64,000 nt of DNA from Hydrolagus colliei (Eukaryota): positions 2,232,001 to 2,296,000 of the forward strand of contig CM068770.1 in NCBI GenBank assembly GCA_035084275.1. Reading direction: 5' to 3'. Made by a program: the position numbers and the translations under genes. Shown here piece by piece: positions 22,831-36,755 of this stretch; the first letter of the stretch is position 1, and every line of letters begins with the position of its first letter. The notes beneath the pieces are model-generated. The model did no database searches and was not told the DNA's origin. It saw only the letters and a list, made by a program, of their open reading frames with translations.

Positions 22831-24990
22831 TTATTAAGCTGGTATTCCGCAAATTGCTTTCAGAAATTAACGGAAAAGGTGACTTGAAAGGAACGGATGA
22901 ATTCAAGAACTTGCAAAGTTCTCAATGCTTTGAAATGTTACATAAACAGAGTCGATCTAGAGCAAGGTGGAATTTCTCCCCAGCGATATCTAAAGCTGAG
23001 AGCTTAACCTGCCGTTAAGGCATGTCTAAAATTGGAGGCAGAGTTTCTTAGACAGAACCTCGACTACTTTTTTAATTTTTCTGTTTAGAGAAACGGGTTG
23101 GCTACATAAATCAATAGAGGTTACAAAAGTGATGTGTATGGATTAGTTTCCTTCCATAACATTGAGAAACTCCTCTGCTGTGTCGATGATATACGGTCAC
23201 TAATAGAAATGGTAAAGACTTGAAAAAAAATATCACCAGCGGCATAAACAGTGGCTTGAAACTCCCCGATATTGACATGACAGTCGCAAGCTGGCTTTAC
23301 GCAAACCTGCAGGTCCATATGTTAACTGAATGTCAACAGCTTTGTAGAAGCTTAAAGTTTAGCTGTTGTGTAGCTTTTGTGGTGATCCTTTACCACCTCA
23401 GGAGAAATTTATTAACCTTCGCTTCTGGAGATCTGCCTTCTGCTTTGTCCAAAAATAAATAAACCAACCGGGTAGAATAAATGAACGGGCTATTCATGGA
23501 TTATCACGTGCTCCCAGTGACCTTTCCGACTCCTTTATTCGACTTTTCTCCAGAACATCGGGCTGTTTGCACAAAGCAACCGAAAAGCACTGAGCGACAA
23601 TATAGGCTCGTAGAAGTTAAGAGGCAAGTTTTACCATAAACAAAAGTAGGGCTTGGGATCTATTGCACCATATAGTGAAATGAAATCTGGGTAATAAGGC
23701 TCTGTAATCCAATTGAGGCGTTGAAATTGGGCTCGTATATACCAGGAGAGTGAAATGCTCGCAGCTTCTGAAATTGAGATTGAATTATGTTCAACGCATT
23801 TGTTCCTTCCGAGACTACTTTTCTTGCTCCTATCTTTGGAACAACTATTCTGAGACCATTCTCAATTAGTTTTAACTCCGCTTTCTAATGAGTGACCCCC
23901 CACTTCCCCAAACGAAAAGATGTTGGTGACATTAACGTGGAAACTTCGGACCCAAATATAAAGTGGGTCAATGTTGACTAGTACTGATCAGTGTAGAGAT
24001 GAGACAAAAATAAACCAGTCGTTCACTTTTAAGTAGAATTATATCAAGGGTATCAATATATATTTGTGAATAAATACGAGAAGCTGTCGTGAAGCGCTCT
24101 GCGACGTCTACGGGATATGACAAGGCGCTATATCAAATGCCAGGATTATTCTTATTAATTATTTCAAGGAGTATCGGTCAAAATGAAAATGAAATAGGTT
24201 CTGTCTGGATGGCTGTCTGCAGGTTAAGCTTGTCTGCAAATTGGTTGCCGTGTTCACCTACAGAAAACTCAGCCTCCCACCCTTCACAGTAAAGCCAGTG
24301 CACAGGTCCAGTAAATCCTGTCCGCGAAGTCGCGATATAAATGTAAGGATTATTAAAACTCTTCCCACCCTTCCTGCAGATAACGACAAAGCAATTTGAG
24401 CAGGTGTGGAGGATTTCTTGCTGCCGGTGCTTTGAATGTGGCCATAAATGTCTACACCATGACCCAAGGATTGCTTGATCTCGATTTATTTCTCTAGCAA
24501 ATTAAGTCTTCATGAACGATCACAGGCCACAGTTTCATGAACAGGTGCCGATTGAAATAATCATTCCTCTAAACTTCCCATGTAGGATTGAGTTGTGATT
24601 CTTAGAAGCCGAACGCGATTGAAGCGGTTCAATTGTTTGGATTCCCTTTGTCATTTTTAATTTAGCCGGCTGGTATTGCCAAGCACAGGGAGGATGCAGT
24701 TGTGGTTGGGAGAGAGTGAGTCGGGGGATAGATAGCCATTACCTTTTTTGGATGAAGATTCGAGAGGAATGGAATGTCGAGGGTGGTTGATCTCAGTTGC
24801 CAGCCTGTTTCAGAGCCTTTCTTTCTCTGTCAATTGGATCAGTAGCACATTACAGCTGTTATTAGCAGCCTCAAGCCAATTGAGAGATTTGTTTAACTGC
24901 CTCAAGTACAGCTGGTGATGTTGCTACTGGGAAGGGAGGGGTGTGGCGGTGAATTGAGGCTGGTCATTCAGTCATTCCTGCACACCATCT

Positions 24991-25320
24991 ACTCCTGTAG
25001 CCCAGTGGTTAGCCTTAACAAGTGTGAGACCTGTGTTCGAATCCAGGCAGATCAGGGCGAAACCTTGGGCAAGTTTTCTTATCCCACACACACACACGCC
25101 TAATGATAATCCCTCCAAAAGAACCACAATAGTAAAAATAGGTCATTTGCGATCCACGGCTGTTTGTGGGGGACGCTGCCATGTGCAATTGGCTGTCGCG
25201 TTTTGCCCACAAATATACAGTCAATTCACTTTACAGTATATTCTGTGAAGCGCTTTGAGACGTCGATAAGATGTAAAAAGCGCTATGTCAAATGCAAGGA
25301 TTATTATTGTCATTATTGTC
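24991..25320 (+). mobile_element. SINE, full-length with a small deletion in the head
   Basis: actcctgtagcccagtggttag...gtgttcgaatccaggcagatcagggcgaaacc, body and tail. Confidence 0.92.
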
Positions 25321-25514
25321 TACCTCTCAATGCTAGGTGGTGCAGAGCACGAACATTACACAGTTAAGCACTTATTTCTGTGAGTTTACTTGACACTGTG
25401 TGTGTAGCCTGGTTCAAAATTGTGCAGTTGTGTCTGTAAGCACTTTGGAACTTGACCTCTATCATGTAACTTGCATTAACTCAGCTTGAGAAAGTTAGCC
25501 TTTTGCATGGCAGC

Positions 25515-25768
25515 GCGAAACCATAGGCAAGTTTCCTTACTCCACACACTATTCCACTCTGTTTGCCTAACTGTAAATCAGAACCTGGGTTGTCTGTCAG
25601 TTGATTGGCGGATCACTTTTGCGGAACAATAAAATACACATTATACAATAATTTTTAAAATGTGATCACTCATGACTGTTTGCAGGACACTGCTGTGCTT
25701 TATTCTGTGAAGCGCTTTGAGACGTCTAGAAGACGTGAAAAGCGCTATCTCAAATGCGAGGATTATTC
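25515..25768 (+). mobile_element. SINE long form, 5'-truncated
   Basis: gcgaaaccataggcaagtttccttactccacac...ctctgtttgcctaactgtaaatcagaacc...gattggcggatcacttttgc, then tail. Confidence 0.8.
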
Positions 25769-26963
25769 CAGTATTGTCACTTCTCCAGTGCGTGAAGCTT
25801 CAATACTGTTTAAGTTGTTCCAAGAGTACAGCCCGTTTTGACAGACTCTCCCTACCGAGCCTGATGACAAAAACAACCCCTTTGTAAATCTCCAGGAGTT
25901 TCCGTGACTAATTTGCCTCAGAAAGGTAAACCGATCCGCGCGCACCGTGTGTCATGACACAATATGTTCCGAACACCTCTTTTTTTTAAAGGGAGAGAAA
26001 AGAAATATGATCGACTGCAATGTCTGCTCTGGAGGCCAAAAATTCATGCCAACAGCCAAGAGAGAGGGGCCGTGTAGCCAAGAGAGAGAGAGAGAGAAAC
26101 ACATTTCGAGCTTTTAGGAGGAGGACCTGTCGCGGAGTAAATAGTGTAGAATCTGTCACGCTTCGCCTCGCTTTGCTCCGTTGAATTTACAGAGACCGAC
26201 GACCGGTAGAACTCCTTATGGACAGGCTGACAGGAGGTACCACCCCATCCCCCGCGACGTCTCGTGAAGGTTTCATGGCGTCTTTCCAATTTCACGGATT
26301 TCAGGAAAGTCGGGGCTGGCTGTGAAAAATGTGCAGTTCCAATTACATGGCAGCGGGGCAAACATGGGAGCCAGATAAGGGGGCTATTAAATAACTGTGA
26401 GAGCAGAGCTACAGCTTCAAATCCGTTGTCGCTCAATATTGAATGACTCTCCGCCATTCTCTGACCCCCCCCCCCCCCCTCCCACCCCCAATGAATACCT
26501 AGAAACATCTGCTGGTGCCACCGCTGATATCTTCTGCTTCCATCAGGCAGTGACATCGAGCCACACCATACCTCACAGAACATCGGATTCTTTTTGGACG
26601 GAGGTTGTGAAAGTGTTCGCTCTCCCCGATGTAACACAAGACGGCAGGCTGTAAATAACCGGGCTTACAAATCCAAAGCCTTTGTGACGTGCGTAGAACG
26701 GTGAGGAACAATATTTACATCCCACCCCCACCCGGGCGGGGATAAAATTACTGAAGGGAACGAGATTCCAATCGTGTCCTAACGGAATGGTCCTCGATGA
26801 CAATGTAAAGGCGTCAGCCTGCCTCGGTTGGTTTGCAGTTTTGCTTCTGGGTCGAAAGGTTATGGGATACAGGACCAACACAAAGTGATCAGGGACGGCT
26901 CCCTCCGTGAAGGGCGTGATATAAAGGCCAATCAAAGTTGCTGTTGTTCTTGCTGTTGCGTCA

Positions 26964-27140
26964 GAACATAAGGAATAGGAGCAGGAATAGGCCATTCAGC
27001 CCCTCGAGCCAGCCCCACCATTTAACAAGATCATGGCTGATCTTCTAACCTAATTCCACTTGCCCGCCCTATCCCCATATCGCCTTAATTAATCCCTTTA
27101 GCTTTTAAAAATCTATCGAACTCAGTCTTGAATACGTTAC
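26964..27140 (-). mobile_element. CR1 LINE 3' end
   Basis: gaacataaggaataggagcaggaataggccattcagcccctcgagcc, same family as 12695. Confidence 0.85.
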
Positions 27141-27419
27141 TCAAGAGCTCAGTGCTGTCCCTCGGACTGAATTCACAATACTATTAATAAAAAGAGGACG
27201 GAGTTTCTGCTGGTGTCCCAGCCAACAATTTCCTCAGTTAAAATTGGTTGTTGGACTCCTGGCTGTTTGTTGGTGGCTGTACTTGTGTACCAACACACCA
27301 ACAGGAGTCAAAGAGCAATTTTAACTCGAAGATTTGTTGGCCAGAAACACTACACTGAACAGTATTTGCTGTGAAACGCATTTCAATGTGGATTTTATCG
27401 AAAGGCTTTTACATTTCCA

Positions 27420-27590
27420 GGATCTATGGTTACACGGCTAAAGAGATGGAGCTTAAGTCCCAGGAACTAATGCTGAAGTTGTATAGGAAATTGACCCAAA
27501 TTCAACTAGAGTACTGTATCACAGTCAGGACTTTTGGGGGCATTGGAGGATGAAAGCATAGATCAATTGGAATGGTAACTGGTGTTAAAC
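27420..27590 (+). mobile_element. CR1 ORF2 relic
   Basis: Translates to KSQELMLKLYRKLTQIQLEYC, matching the CR1 motif LY..LVRP.LEYC. Confidence 0.65.
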
Positions 27591-29429
27591 AAGATTGGTC
27601 ATTCACACCATGGCCGCTTTTTGTCGTGAGCAATTGGCGGCCACATTTCACCCACTAAATATACAGTCAATTCACTTCACGGTTTAAGACTCAAAGCACT
27701 TTGAGCCTTCTCGATGATGCGGTAAAGTGCAATAACAAGTGCAAGAGTTATTCTTATGATAGGATTATCATGAAACACCTGAGTTAGAAAATTATTCGAT
27801 TCTCTTTCTTTTTTTAATGAATCAACAATGTTAAACGCTGGTGTCCTTTAACTGAATTTCTAATTTGCAAAAAAAAATATTAACTAAGCTACATTATACC
27901 GCACTGGAGCATTTCAAACCAAATACTTTTCCAAGTAAGTCATCAAGCAAGTATGAATGTTAAGCTAAATGGTTCCATACAAAACCAGATAAGAAGGGAT
28001 TTAGACGTCTCTGTTATCTGTCCTGTGTTTTGCTGGTGTGGACGAGGCCATAACTCATGAATGATGAAGTACACACAGAGAGTTGCGGTGATGGACTACC
28101 ATTGCAATGGACCGAAAACAAAAACATGTCAATGGGAATACTATAAGGGAACCTTCAATGTCTGTACTGTAACATGTAACAGATTAGAGCCTGTTTACAA
28201 TGATTCCATGTACAGTGCTAACTGTATTCTTTTTGCCCACAAAACATACAGTCAATTTCTCTTTATAGGACATTCTATGAAGCACTTGGAGATGTCTCAA
28301 AGGACCTGTTAAGGCACTGTGTCAAATACAAGGATTATCGTTATGTATTATGGTATCTCGTTGAAAGAGCTAAGAGATCTCTTAGGTGCGTGTGATCTGC
28401 AGGGTGTTGGCGTGGGTAAAACCAGCTCCTCGAAGGAGGAGGCTGAAGGAGCTGTGATGACTTCCAGCCGACAATGAAACGTCTCGCCCATCACTATATC
28501 ATCCCCATCACCTTTGTTGCAGCTGCATGATCTCATCTCTCCCACTTGGCACCAAACCAAAGGCAAGCGAGGCTCTCGAGGTGCCAGCAGCAACAGCCAG
28601 GATTGATTCGCTTTTTTTCCTTCAGGAATTTTAATGACTTCCCCGAAATATCCTTAGAATACCTCGAAACCCAATGGCGTACAGGTTAGCGGCATGGGCA
28701 TATTCACCATCTGAAAATGTTAAACGCGTTCGATGTTATTTATGTAATGCCTCCATTACATAATGAAACCAGTTTTTTTTTAGCATCGCACAAGCCTCTT
28801 AATCATTTTTTTTGGTGTGGTGGGGAGGTTATTACCGTGCACTTGACTTCACATAGGTACTGTATTACATGGGGGCATTTCTCTGGAAACAATTATATGC
28901 TGCTTTTATAGCCTCGCTGCATTAAGTTTTATTAACAAAACATGAGGAACTTAGGTTACTTTTATGTTATTTTTCTAAATGTACCATCGGGCCCAGTGGT
29001 TAGATGCAGACATTTTTTTTGTTTCAGGTTAATTAGAGAATGCTCTAAATAATGTGCTTGCGTTCTCATTATTACCATGTTTATAGACCACACTCCAAAA
29101 GATTGCTGACTCACCTAGAACCCAATCGGAACCTGGATCGTGGAAATCACTGCATTAGTTTCCCTTCTCTACCCCCTTTCACCCACTACCATCTTCTTAC
29201 GCGGAGTTCCTTACTGTTTGCCGCAGCCTTCTTGTCTTTTTTGTTTGCCTTATTTTAACCCATTAGTGATTGAATAAGCCCGAAAAGTAGTTGTGAAACA
29301 GGAGACAATCACTGCTGCTCAATTATGCTTTCTCCTTAAGGCAGTAGTGATAATCATCTCCATCTTCATCATCATCGTCAGCGTGAATTATGACAACACA
29401 TTATAAAGTGTAGAGACTATTTGCGATTG

Positions 29430-29770
29430 TTCGTGGCAACCAATTCACGCACAGCAATTTCCCCCACAAACATCCAATTTTAGACACCAAGAGAAACTGC
29501 CTTTGCTTCTTCAAATCATGCCATGGGATATTTAACAACAACAATAAATAAATAAATTCCATTCGTAGAGTGCCTTTCACATCAGGTGGACGTCCCTGGA
29601 TAGTCAGAGAGCCTCTCGTGAGCTGGAGGTTGGGACCTCAAGGTGTGGAGGGCGAGGAGGGTTTAATAGCTCAGCCAAAGGAACATGCCTCCAACAGGAC
29701 AGCACCTCTCTAGTACCTAGTTATCCGACACTATGAGTTCGGAGTCCTGACCATCTGAGCTATACTGACA
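29430..29770 (-). mobile_element. Old Deu-domain SINE relic interrupted by an L2 tail
   Basis: gacaccaagagaaactgcc...atgccatgggatattta [L2 at ~29537-29660] gggtttaatagctcagccaaagg...cctccaacaggacagcacc. Confidence 0.6.
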
Positions 29771-30359
29771 CCCTGGTCCTGGTGGATGAGATTTAATTAT
29801 CAAAGGATTCCCAGTCATAGCAACCTAAAGAGGTTTGAATGTCACGATGAGATATAAACCTTCACTAGGCTTTTGCCTTTACTTAGAGTCTCAAGAGTAA
29901 TAAGCACCATTTTACCCTCCAGATCCATGAGCTTAATAACTCGAGTAGTTTTGCGCATATCAGCTAAAATAGTTTGTCAACAGCCAGTGGATATACAGTA
30001 CTGCCCTGGGTTTCCTATCTTGTAGATCTGTGATGGTTTTGGAAACCAGATTTAAAAAAAAAAGTTTGTGTTTACTGTTGTGCTGACATCCCAAATGCTT
30101 TTTATTCGATTCAATTGTGGTTATTTAAAGAGGGTCATAGACAACTGACAAGTTGTCTTGAGCTGAGGAGCAAAACATGATGTAGCTCAGGTTAAAAGGC
30201 CCTTACAGACCCCTTGAATGAGGTCCTTTATATTTAGTAACATTTGGTTGGTGTTGTTTGTTGACAGCAATAAGATAATCTCTCGAGGTTACATATTTCT
30301 TACTTGTCAATACTTTTTTTTCGCTGCGCAGATTTCTGGTCTGAAATGCGATACGGTGT

Positions 30360-30570
30360 TAGGTTTGTACAGTGCTTTTCACATGGAGAGCACGGGTGTA
30401 CCAAGGCAGTGGGCAATCGGGGATTTGGATCCGAGCAGTAGGTGTTGGATCAGGGAGGGTAGGTGTAAGGAAGGTGCCTGAAAGCGCGGTTGATGAGGAG
30501 GATCTTGAGACGTGCCCTGAAGGAGGTGAGGGAGGGAGCCTCCGGAGGGACTCTGGATTGGAGTTCTTTG
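30360..30570 (-). mobile_element. L2 3' end
   Basis: agtgcttttcac...ccaaggcagt...tgaaggaggtgagggag...ggagttct. Confidence 0.7.
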
Positions 30571-30848
30571 GGGAATTGTCATTTATAGGACTGTTTGATT
30601 CGCAGTAACCACTGTTTTTGATGAGGAGCATTCCATTTTAATTTATTTTGTTAATTTATCTCTCAGTCGCGCTCAGACATTAGGATTTGTTTAGTTCAGC
30701 TCAATATTCACTTTGGAGCACGTCAATATGTGCTACACTGTAAACTCTTTTTAATGTTTGTATTTCTCCCACAAAATACACAGTCAATCCTCTTGGAATA
30801 TCAGCATGGAGTATGAATCTTTCTGTGCCACTGACAAGAGTCAAACTG

Positions 30849-30995
30849 AACCCTTGATTTAATTACTAATTCACACATAAGATCCATACTTGGTCAAACT
30901 AAAACACAGCTGCTGCTCCTCAATCTTGAAAATCACAGCCAATGAAATAACTTCAATCACCTAATACCCAAATGTAACATTTATGTGAAATATAA
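30849..30995 (+). repeat. Arm A of a ~150-bp inverted repeat (partner 40378-40529)
   Basis: aacccttgatttaattactaattcacacataagatccatacttggtcaaa...ttgaaaatcacagcc is the reverse complement of the partner. Confidence 0.85.
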
Positions 30996-31639
30996 GCCAC
31001 TTATTATTTATTATAAACTTTTAGTATTTGACTCTGTTTAATAATGGAGTAGCCAGCAGGTGTCCTCAGTGTATCACAGTAACCCCATGTCTGCTCAGCT
31101 CACCTCCCTGCTTCATATTTGTTTCCTGGCTACTTTTCTGGGTAGTTTTGCCAACTTGGTGAGAAAATCCATCTGGAGATAGCCAAATCCAACCAATTTT
31201 GAATCTGTTTGATTTACTGAGATGCTACAGAAACATCAAGCAGTGGGCACGATTGCCCGCAACAACAACAACAAAATTACACTTGTGTATAGTGCTTTTC
31301 ACGTTTGGAGGATGTCCCTCCAAACACAGTCACTACACTTGACCACAATTATCTACAAAGCGCGTTTGAAATGATTCAACACTGAAGGTACTGATTTCAA
31401 ACAAAATAATAACAATAATAATCCTTGCATTTGATATACAGTATTTGGAAAGGATTTGTTAATTAAGAATTGCCAATTGGTCAATCCCGAGACCTTGAAC
31501 AGTCTAGAGCCCAATGTATTACAAATAGAAACAATTAATTGTATGACATGTAAATCCTCCGTCAACCCAATTAAAAAGTTAAGTGAAGGGGCTGCACTTG
31601 AAGATTTTAGGTCCATTTGTTTATGCTGTTGAATCCTTA

Positions 31640-31762
31640 TCATAGAATCGTACATCGGATTATACAGCACAGAAGAAGTCCATTGTTTCTGTGCTGGCTT
31701 TTTGAAGAGAGCTGTCCAAATCAATCCCAATCCCCCCGCGCTCTTCCCATAACCTGGCAAAC
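31640..31762 (-). mobile_element. CR1 3' end
   Basis: catagaatc...acagcacagaagaag...ttgaagagagctgtccaa. Confidence 0.7.
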
Positions 31763-32367
31763 TTTTGCTGAGTAACGTTTGTTGATATAAAATCCGATAC
31801 CAGTTTAGTCAGGTTGCATGGGACAACAGCAACGCTGGTTAGAATCCTGCCTTTGATTGGAGTTGGTGGCCATCCATTGACACACACTCAACAGAAGTTA
31901 TAACCAACTCTCAAAACCACCCACAACTTATTTGCGAATGAAAGATGCCTCGAAACGCTTTCCGATCACAACCGCAATCGGTCGGGTTTTTGTTTCAGCC
32001 CCAAATCTAGAAACAAATATTTGTCCGTTGTGCACACGAAAGGCTCCCTTTGTTCCAAATCCAGGACTGATGGAGTTAATTCACTAATAAGTAACATCTG
32101 TTACCATGACACTGGCTATCCATCAGCTAACAGTCCACTGCTTGCCAGAAACAGTATAAAATAGCTCCTTTCCCTTCCCCCCTCCCCACCCCCCCCCCAC
32201 CACACATACACACACACACTCCATTGTGGAAAGGATGCAGAATCACACCAGCAGGTTTCTACAAAGGAACACCTACCTCTCTATTCACTCTGCACCAGCC
32301 TAACTGTTCAACCCGAAAGACAAGTGTTGCTGTTTTAACATGGGAAATGTATTCGAGTTAGCGGACA

Positions 32368-32570
32368 ATGATAGAATCTTACAGCACAAAAGGAGGCCAT
32401 TCGGCCCATCGAGTGGCTCTTTGAAAAGAGCAATTCAATCCCACTCCCCAGCTCTCTCCCCATAACCGCGCAAACCCACCCTCCCCGAATAAATGTCTAC
32501 CTCTCTTTTGAAAGTTGTTATCGAATCGGCCTCCACCACCTTTTCAGGCAATGCATTCCAGTTTCAGGCA
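32368..32570 (-). mobile_element. CR1 3' end
   Basis: atagaatcttacagcacaaaaggaggccattcggccc...tccaccaccttttcaggcaatgcattccag. Confidence 0.8.
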
Positions 32571-34006
32571 ATCCATTCTGCGCTTGCGCTATATATGATG
32601 GAACTGCTTGAACGGACGAGGAGAAAATGGTTCCAGGTCACCCAACTTGGCCTGCGCCCTGCCATTTATCGAGCACACAGGAGCAATTGATGGCCTCGTG
32701 AACTTGGCAGCCGTGGTGTGAAGTGGTCTGATGTTATTTCTCACTATCTGTGCCCATTTGACACCTCGGAAATAAGCACAATTCGCCAGACTGTGTGACT
32801 GACAGTGGCAGGGACCACTTCGAACGGGAGCTCGGATCGGTAAATGGCTCTGCTTCCAAAGCTGCCAAGAGACCCATCAGCAGAGACAGAAGAGCATTGG
32901 TGGGGGAGTGGTGGGGGGGGGGGGGGGGTTCCTGGGCTAAAGCCTTTGGCATCTGGAACAAAATCAATGAACCATCAATTGGGTTCCTTCCCAGGCTGCA
33001 GCAGATATAGTTACAGAATGCTGAGGTTTGTATTTCCCTCTCGTGATTACAGTTAAACTCTGATAAACGTCAGCTACATTACAAAACCCACTTATTTATG
33101 CTGTCCATGTTATATAAACAGAGCATTTGTGTGTGTGTGTGTGTTAAAAAAAAGAAGCTGCTGATAGCTGAGGTTCATCAGAACAAAGGTTTTATTCACT
33201 TTGGGATGTTAATATTAACCTTGGCCAAAGGGATATTTGACATCAACTACTCCAGCGGAGGGATATCGCAATAAGTTATTTCAATCAATATGTTGAGCCA
33301 GAGCTTGTCCTTCAGGACACACAAAATGTAGACAGTGCACAAAGACTCAACGTGTATTGGGATTTTATGGGGCAGTGGGTGAAGGGGGGTGGAATAGAGG
33401 TCAAATCAAGCAAAAGTAGTGGCCATACAGTCTAATCACATTGGTAATATCGATCAGTCTGGGTGTGCAGTGTTGACTAGTTGCAGGGGAAAGTTTTCCA
33501 CAGAGATGTAGGGCGAGAGGAAAGTACAACAAAAGTAAGTTCTTCCTTAATTTGAACTTCAGCGACAAAATACAGAAACAATCACTTTCACTGCCAGAAT
33601 CTGTCGCTGGGTGAATATCGATTTAATGAACTTGTCCATTGCAATTGTGTAGTTAGGCAAGTTAGCGTGAACTTTAGAGGTCCTTTAAAGTACTTTTAAA
33701 CTTCACACTAGCTTACTCATCTCCATGATTACAAAGGACAAGTTATTATCGGTGTGTGGGAAGGTGTATTTTCCTGTGTGTGTAGTTGATTGTGTCGTGG
33801 AGTAAGCTTTTTGCACGCACTTCTTCTGTTACGGTAATGAAATGGTTTTGTAAATTGCGGATTTGTAATCTTAAATTAGGAATCGATTCAGTAACTCCTG
33901 ATGGGTCCCTGGGGGCTTTGCTTCTGAAGTGGGAAGAATCCCACTTCCTTTATGAGGAATTACAATAGAAAATCCCGAGCTCTAAACCCCAGTTTGTGAA
34001 AACCAC

Positions 34007-34220
34007 AGCAACAACTTACATTTGTACAATGCCTTTCACATCAGGAGGACGTCCCAGTGCGCTGGACAATCAGGAATCCGCACCCAAGCTGAACTGATGG
34101 TTGCGATCGGGAGGGGTGGAGGGCAGGGACGATAGGAGTAGGAGGGTGACTGGAGGCACGGTCGAAGGGGAGGTTTTTAAGACAAATCTTGAAGGAGGCA
34201 AGGAAGGGTGAGAGGGAACA
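34007..34220 (-). mobile_element. L2 3' end
   Basis: caacaacttacatttgtacaatgcctttcacatcaggaggacgtccc...ggcacggtcgaag. Confidence 0.8.
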
Positions 34221-35359
34221 TCCTACACTTAGACAATAGCACAATATCGATGGCTGACTAGAATGCCTTCTCAACAATCACAACAACTTGAGTTACGCAG
34301 CCCCCTTCACACAGACTAGCATCCCAAAGTACTGGCCAGTGCCAACGCAGCTTTAGTTGACATAATAAGATGACTATGCCAAATTAGGAACCCGAAAAGC
34401 TGGAATTCAACTATTTAATCAAACCGAAGCAATAACGAAATATCCGTAGCATTTATGCGGTCAAACGTAGGGAATGCATATTCCAATATGTTTCCTGTGC
34501 ACACAAATCAAACGTTCAAATGTGTACCAAAACCAATTCGATCCCAATTTTTTTCACCCATTTAGAGATAAAATCTCGGTGCATTCCATGAAAAAGCCCT
34601 ACCATCCACATGTGAAACTATCGTTAAAAAGTTAAGGAATCCAAATCCAGCCCAGTCGAAATTCATTCATCTCCCTCAACATATTTATGATTGATGTCTT
34701 CTTGCAAGCATGACTTTAGTGCTGCAGTATGATTACACTGTTTTAACTTCGATACAGAGTTTGGTAACACAAGCTTAAATAAAGGGTTTGGGGCTATAAT
34801 TATGCATTGAAATAATAGAATAATCAATGAACGATCTGTGTGAACTCACTCAGTTCCATTTGGAGTATCCAATTTCCAGTTTTATTAGCCGGGATTTGAA
34901 ACAAAGACACTGTTTGGATCAAGTCAAGTCATATTTGCTCAAAGAAAATGGCTAAGTTTCTCTATCCAGGATCTTCTTAATAGGTTAAGGTTTAGAGAGC
35001 AGTCAGTATTTAGATACCTTTCTAAAGAAGAATCCAAGTTGAAACAAATAGATGAAGCACTTGCCTAACCACAAAACCCCAAAGAATTTGGTTTGGAAGC
35101 TCAAGCTACTAACCACAGCATTTATATATAGAGATCGAGTGTGTACAAACGCGTGTTCTTTGTCTGTAATTAGGTATTTGGTATTCGGAGAGATCACAAA
35201 TGTTTTAGCTCAGTAAGGTTGGCTCAATGAGATTAGACACTGCACAAAAGCTTTTAGATGCATTTGTGAAATCCAAGTAATTTGCTTTATATGGAAATCC
35301 TGCCAAGTTATGGCAAATGCGCCTGCTTCACAGTCTAGACGTTTGTAGGTTATATAAAA

Positions 35360-35590
35360 TAAATAATAATCCTCGCGTTTGATATGGCGTTTTATCACGT
35401 CTTCGAGTTGTCTCAAAGTGCTTCATGGAATATGCTGTAAAGTGCAGTAACTGTGTATTTTGTGGGTGAAATGCAGCAGCCAATTGCGCACAACATTGTC
35501 CCCACAAACAGTCGTGGATTTGAGTGATATATATATTCCACTTTGTTCGTATTATTATTATTTATTTAGAGGGCTTATTACTCCCAGAAA
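35360..35590 (-). mobile_element. SINE 3' half
   Basis: Family body and tail on the reverse strand. Confidence 0.85.
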
Positions 35591-35764
35591 ACAACCCGCC
35601 AATAGAGGTTCATTTTCCAGTGACTATTCTGTGTGACTGTTCGATATCAAATAATTATCTCACTGATAAGGTGGGGTATTTACATTTTACTTTAGAAATA
35701 GGGGATATACCTTAAGTACTAGTAAAAAACCTACTTTTCTACTCGTTCCTCACAATTTTCATTG

Positions 35765-36150
35765 GATTTTGGTGGACAAGATCTTGGTTTCATATCCCAA
35801 ATGAAGTCTCTCTGCCTTGCCCCCTACCTTGTCTCCTTTAAGACTCATCTCAAGACCTTCTTCTTCGACTGTGACTTTGGCCACATCCTAACCCTACCCT
35901 CCCCGCCCTCCACCCCTCCTGAATCCCAAGCACCAGCTCCGGTGCCGATCCCTGTAAGTCCAGGATCGAGGCACATCCTCCTGACGTGAAAAGTGCTCTA
36001 TATATGTCAGTTGTTGTTGACAACATCTCCGACAATGCCAAAGCTGTTTCATCACTGTACTGGAGTATCAGGCGGGATTGAGGGCTGAAAATCCCAACAT
36101 AGAGCCTTCAGTTCGAGAGCTAAGATTGCCAATAACTGAGCCAGACAGTC
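35765..36150. mobile_element. Deu-SINE head relic (-) split by an L2 3' fragment (+, 35805-36020)
   Basis: gacaagatcttggtttcatatc [L2] caacatctccgacaatgc...tgtactggagtatcagg...aactgagcca. Confidence 0.6.
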
Positions 36151-36589
36151 ACCTCTGACTTGATAAAACAAGGAACTCAACATGTGAACGAAACGGAAAA
36201 ATCCACGACTTGAAAGCAACTGTTGACAAAGTGCCATGAACAATAAACATCAAAAGGGAGTTTCAGATGAAAAAGGCCCTTTGTTTCATTTAATTTAATG
36301 TCACCCATCCAGAGAATCAACCCTTATTGAGTTTGCAATCCCACGTCAAGCCGTTTTGTAAATCGAGTCCAACATGCCGGCCTTATATCACCTTTCCTAA
36401 CGACCTACTCCCACTGCTCTTTACCCAACTTGCAAATAAATGCAAGCAGTTCTTTAATTTGAAGGTTTTGTTTCAAGATGATATAATAGCACACTTCGGT
36501 TTGGAGAAGGTACTCAATTCTGTAGGGGTTTATATTGTCCGAGCAGGTGCCAGAGCTGTGTAAGCCAGTCGGATTGAACTTGTTCACGC

Positions 36590-36755
36590 TCAGAGGATGA
36601 AGTTTCCAACAATATTTAAGGGGAAAACATAAGAGGGGATAGAGGGGTATGGGAGTGGAGATTAGCAGTGGAGAACAAGAGATGCCTGTGGAGTTTAAAT
36701 ACCCTCATTGGGCAGAATGGTCTTGTCTGTGTTGTATCATTCTATGTAATTCTAA
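36590..36755 (+). mobile_element. CR1 3' end
   Basis: gggatagaggggtatggg...ttgggcagaatggtcttg...attctatgtaattcta. Confidence 0.65.

Noticed and set aside
26044-26637. Longest ORF in the track (197 aa, - strand)
   Set aside because: No recognisable domain, crosses poly-G and GA repeats, and no supporting exon structure.
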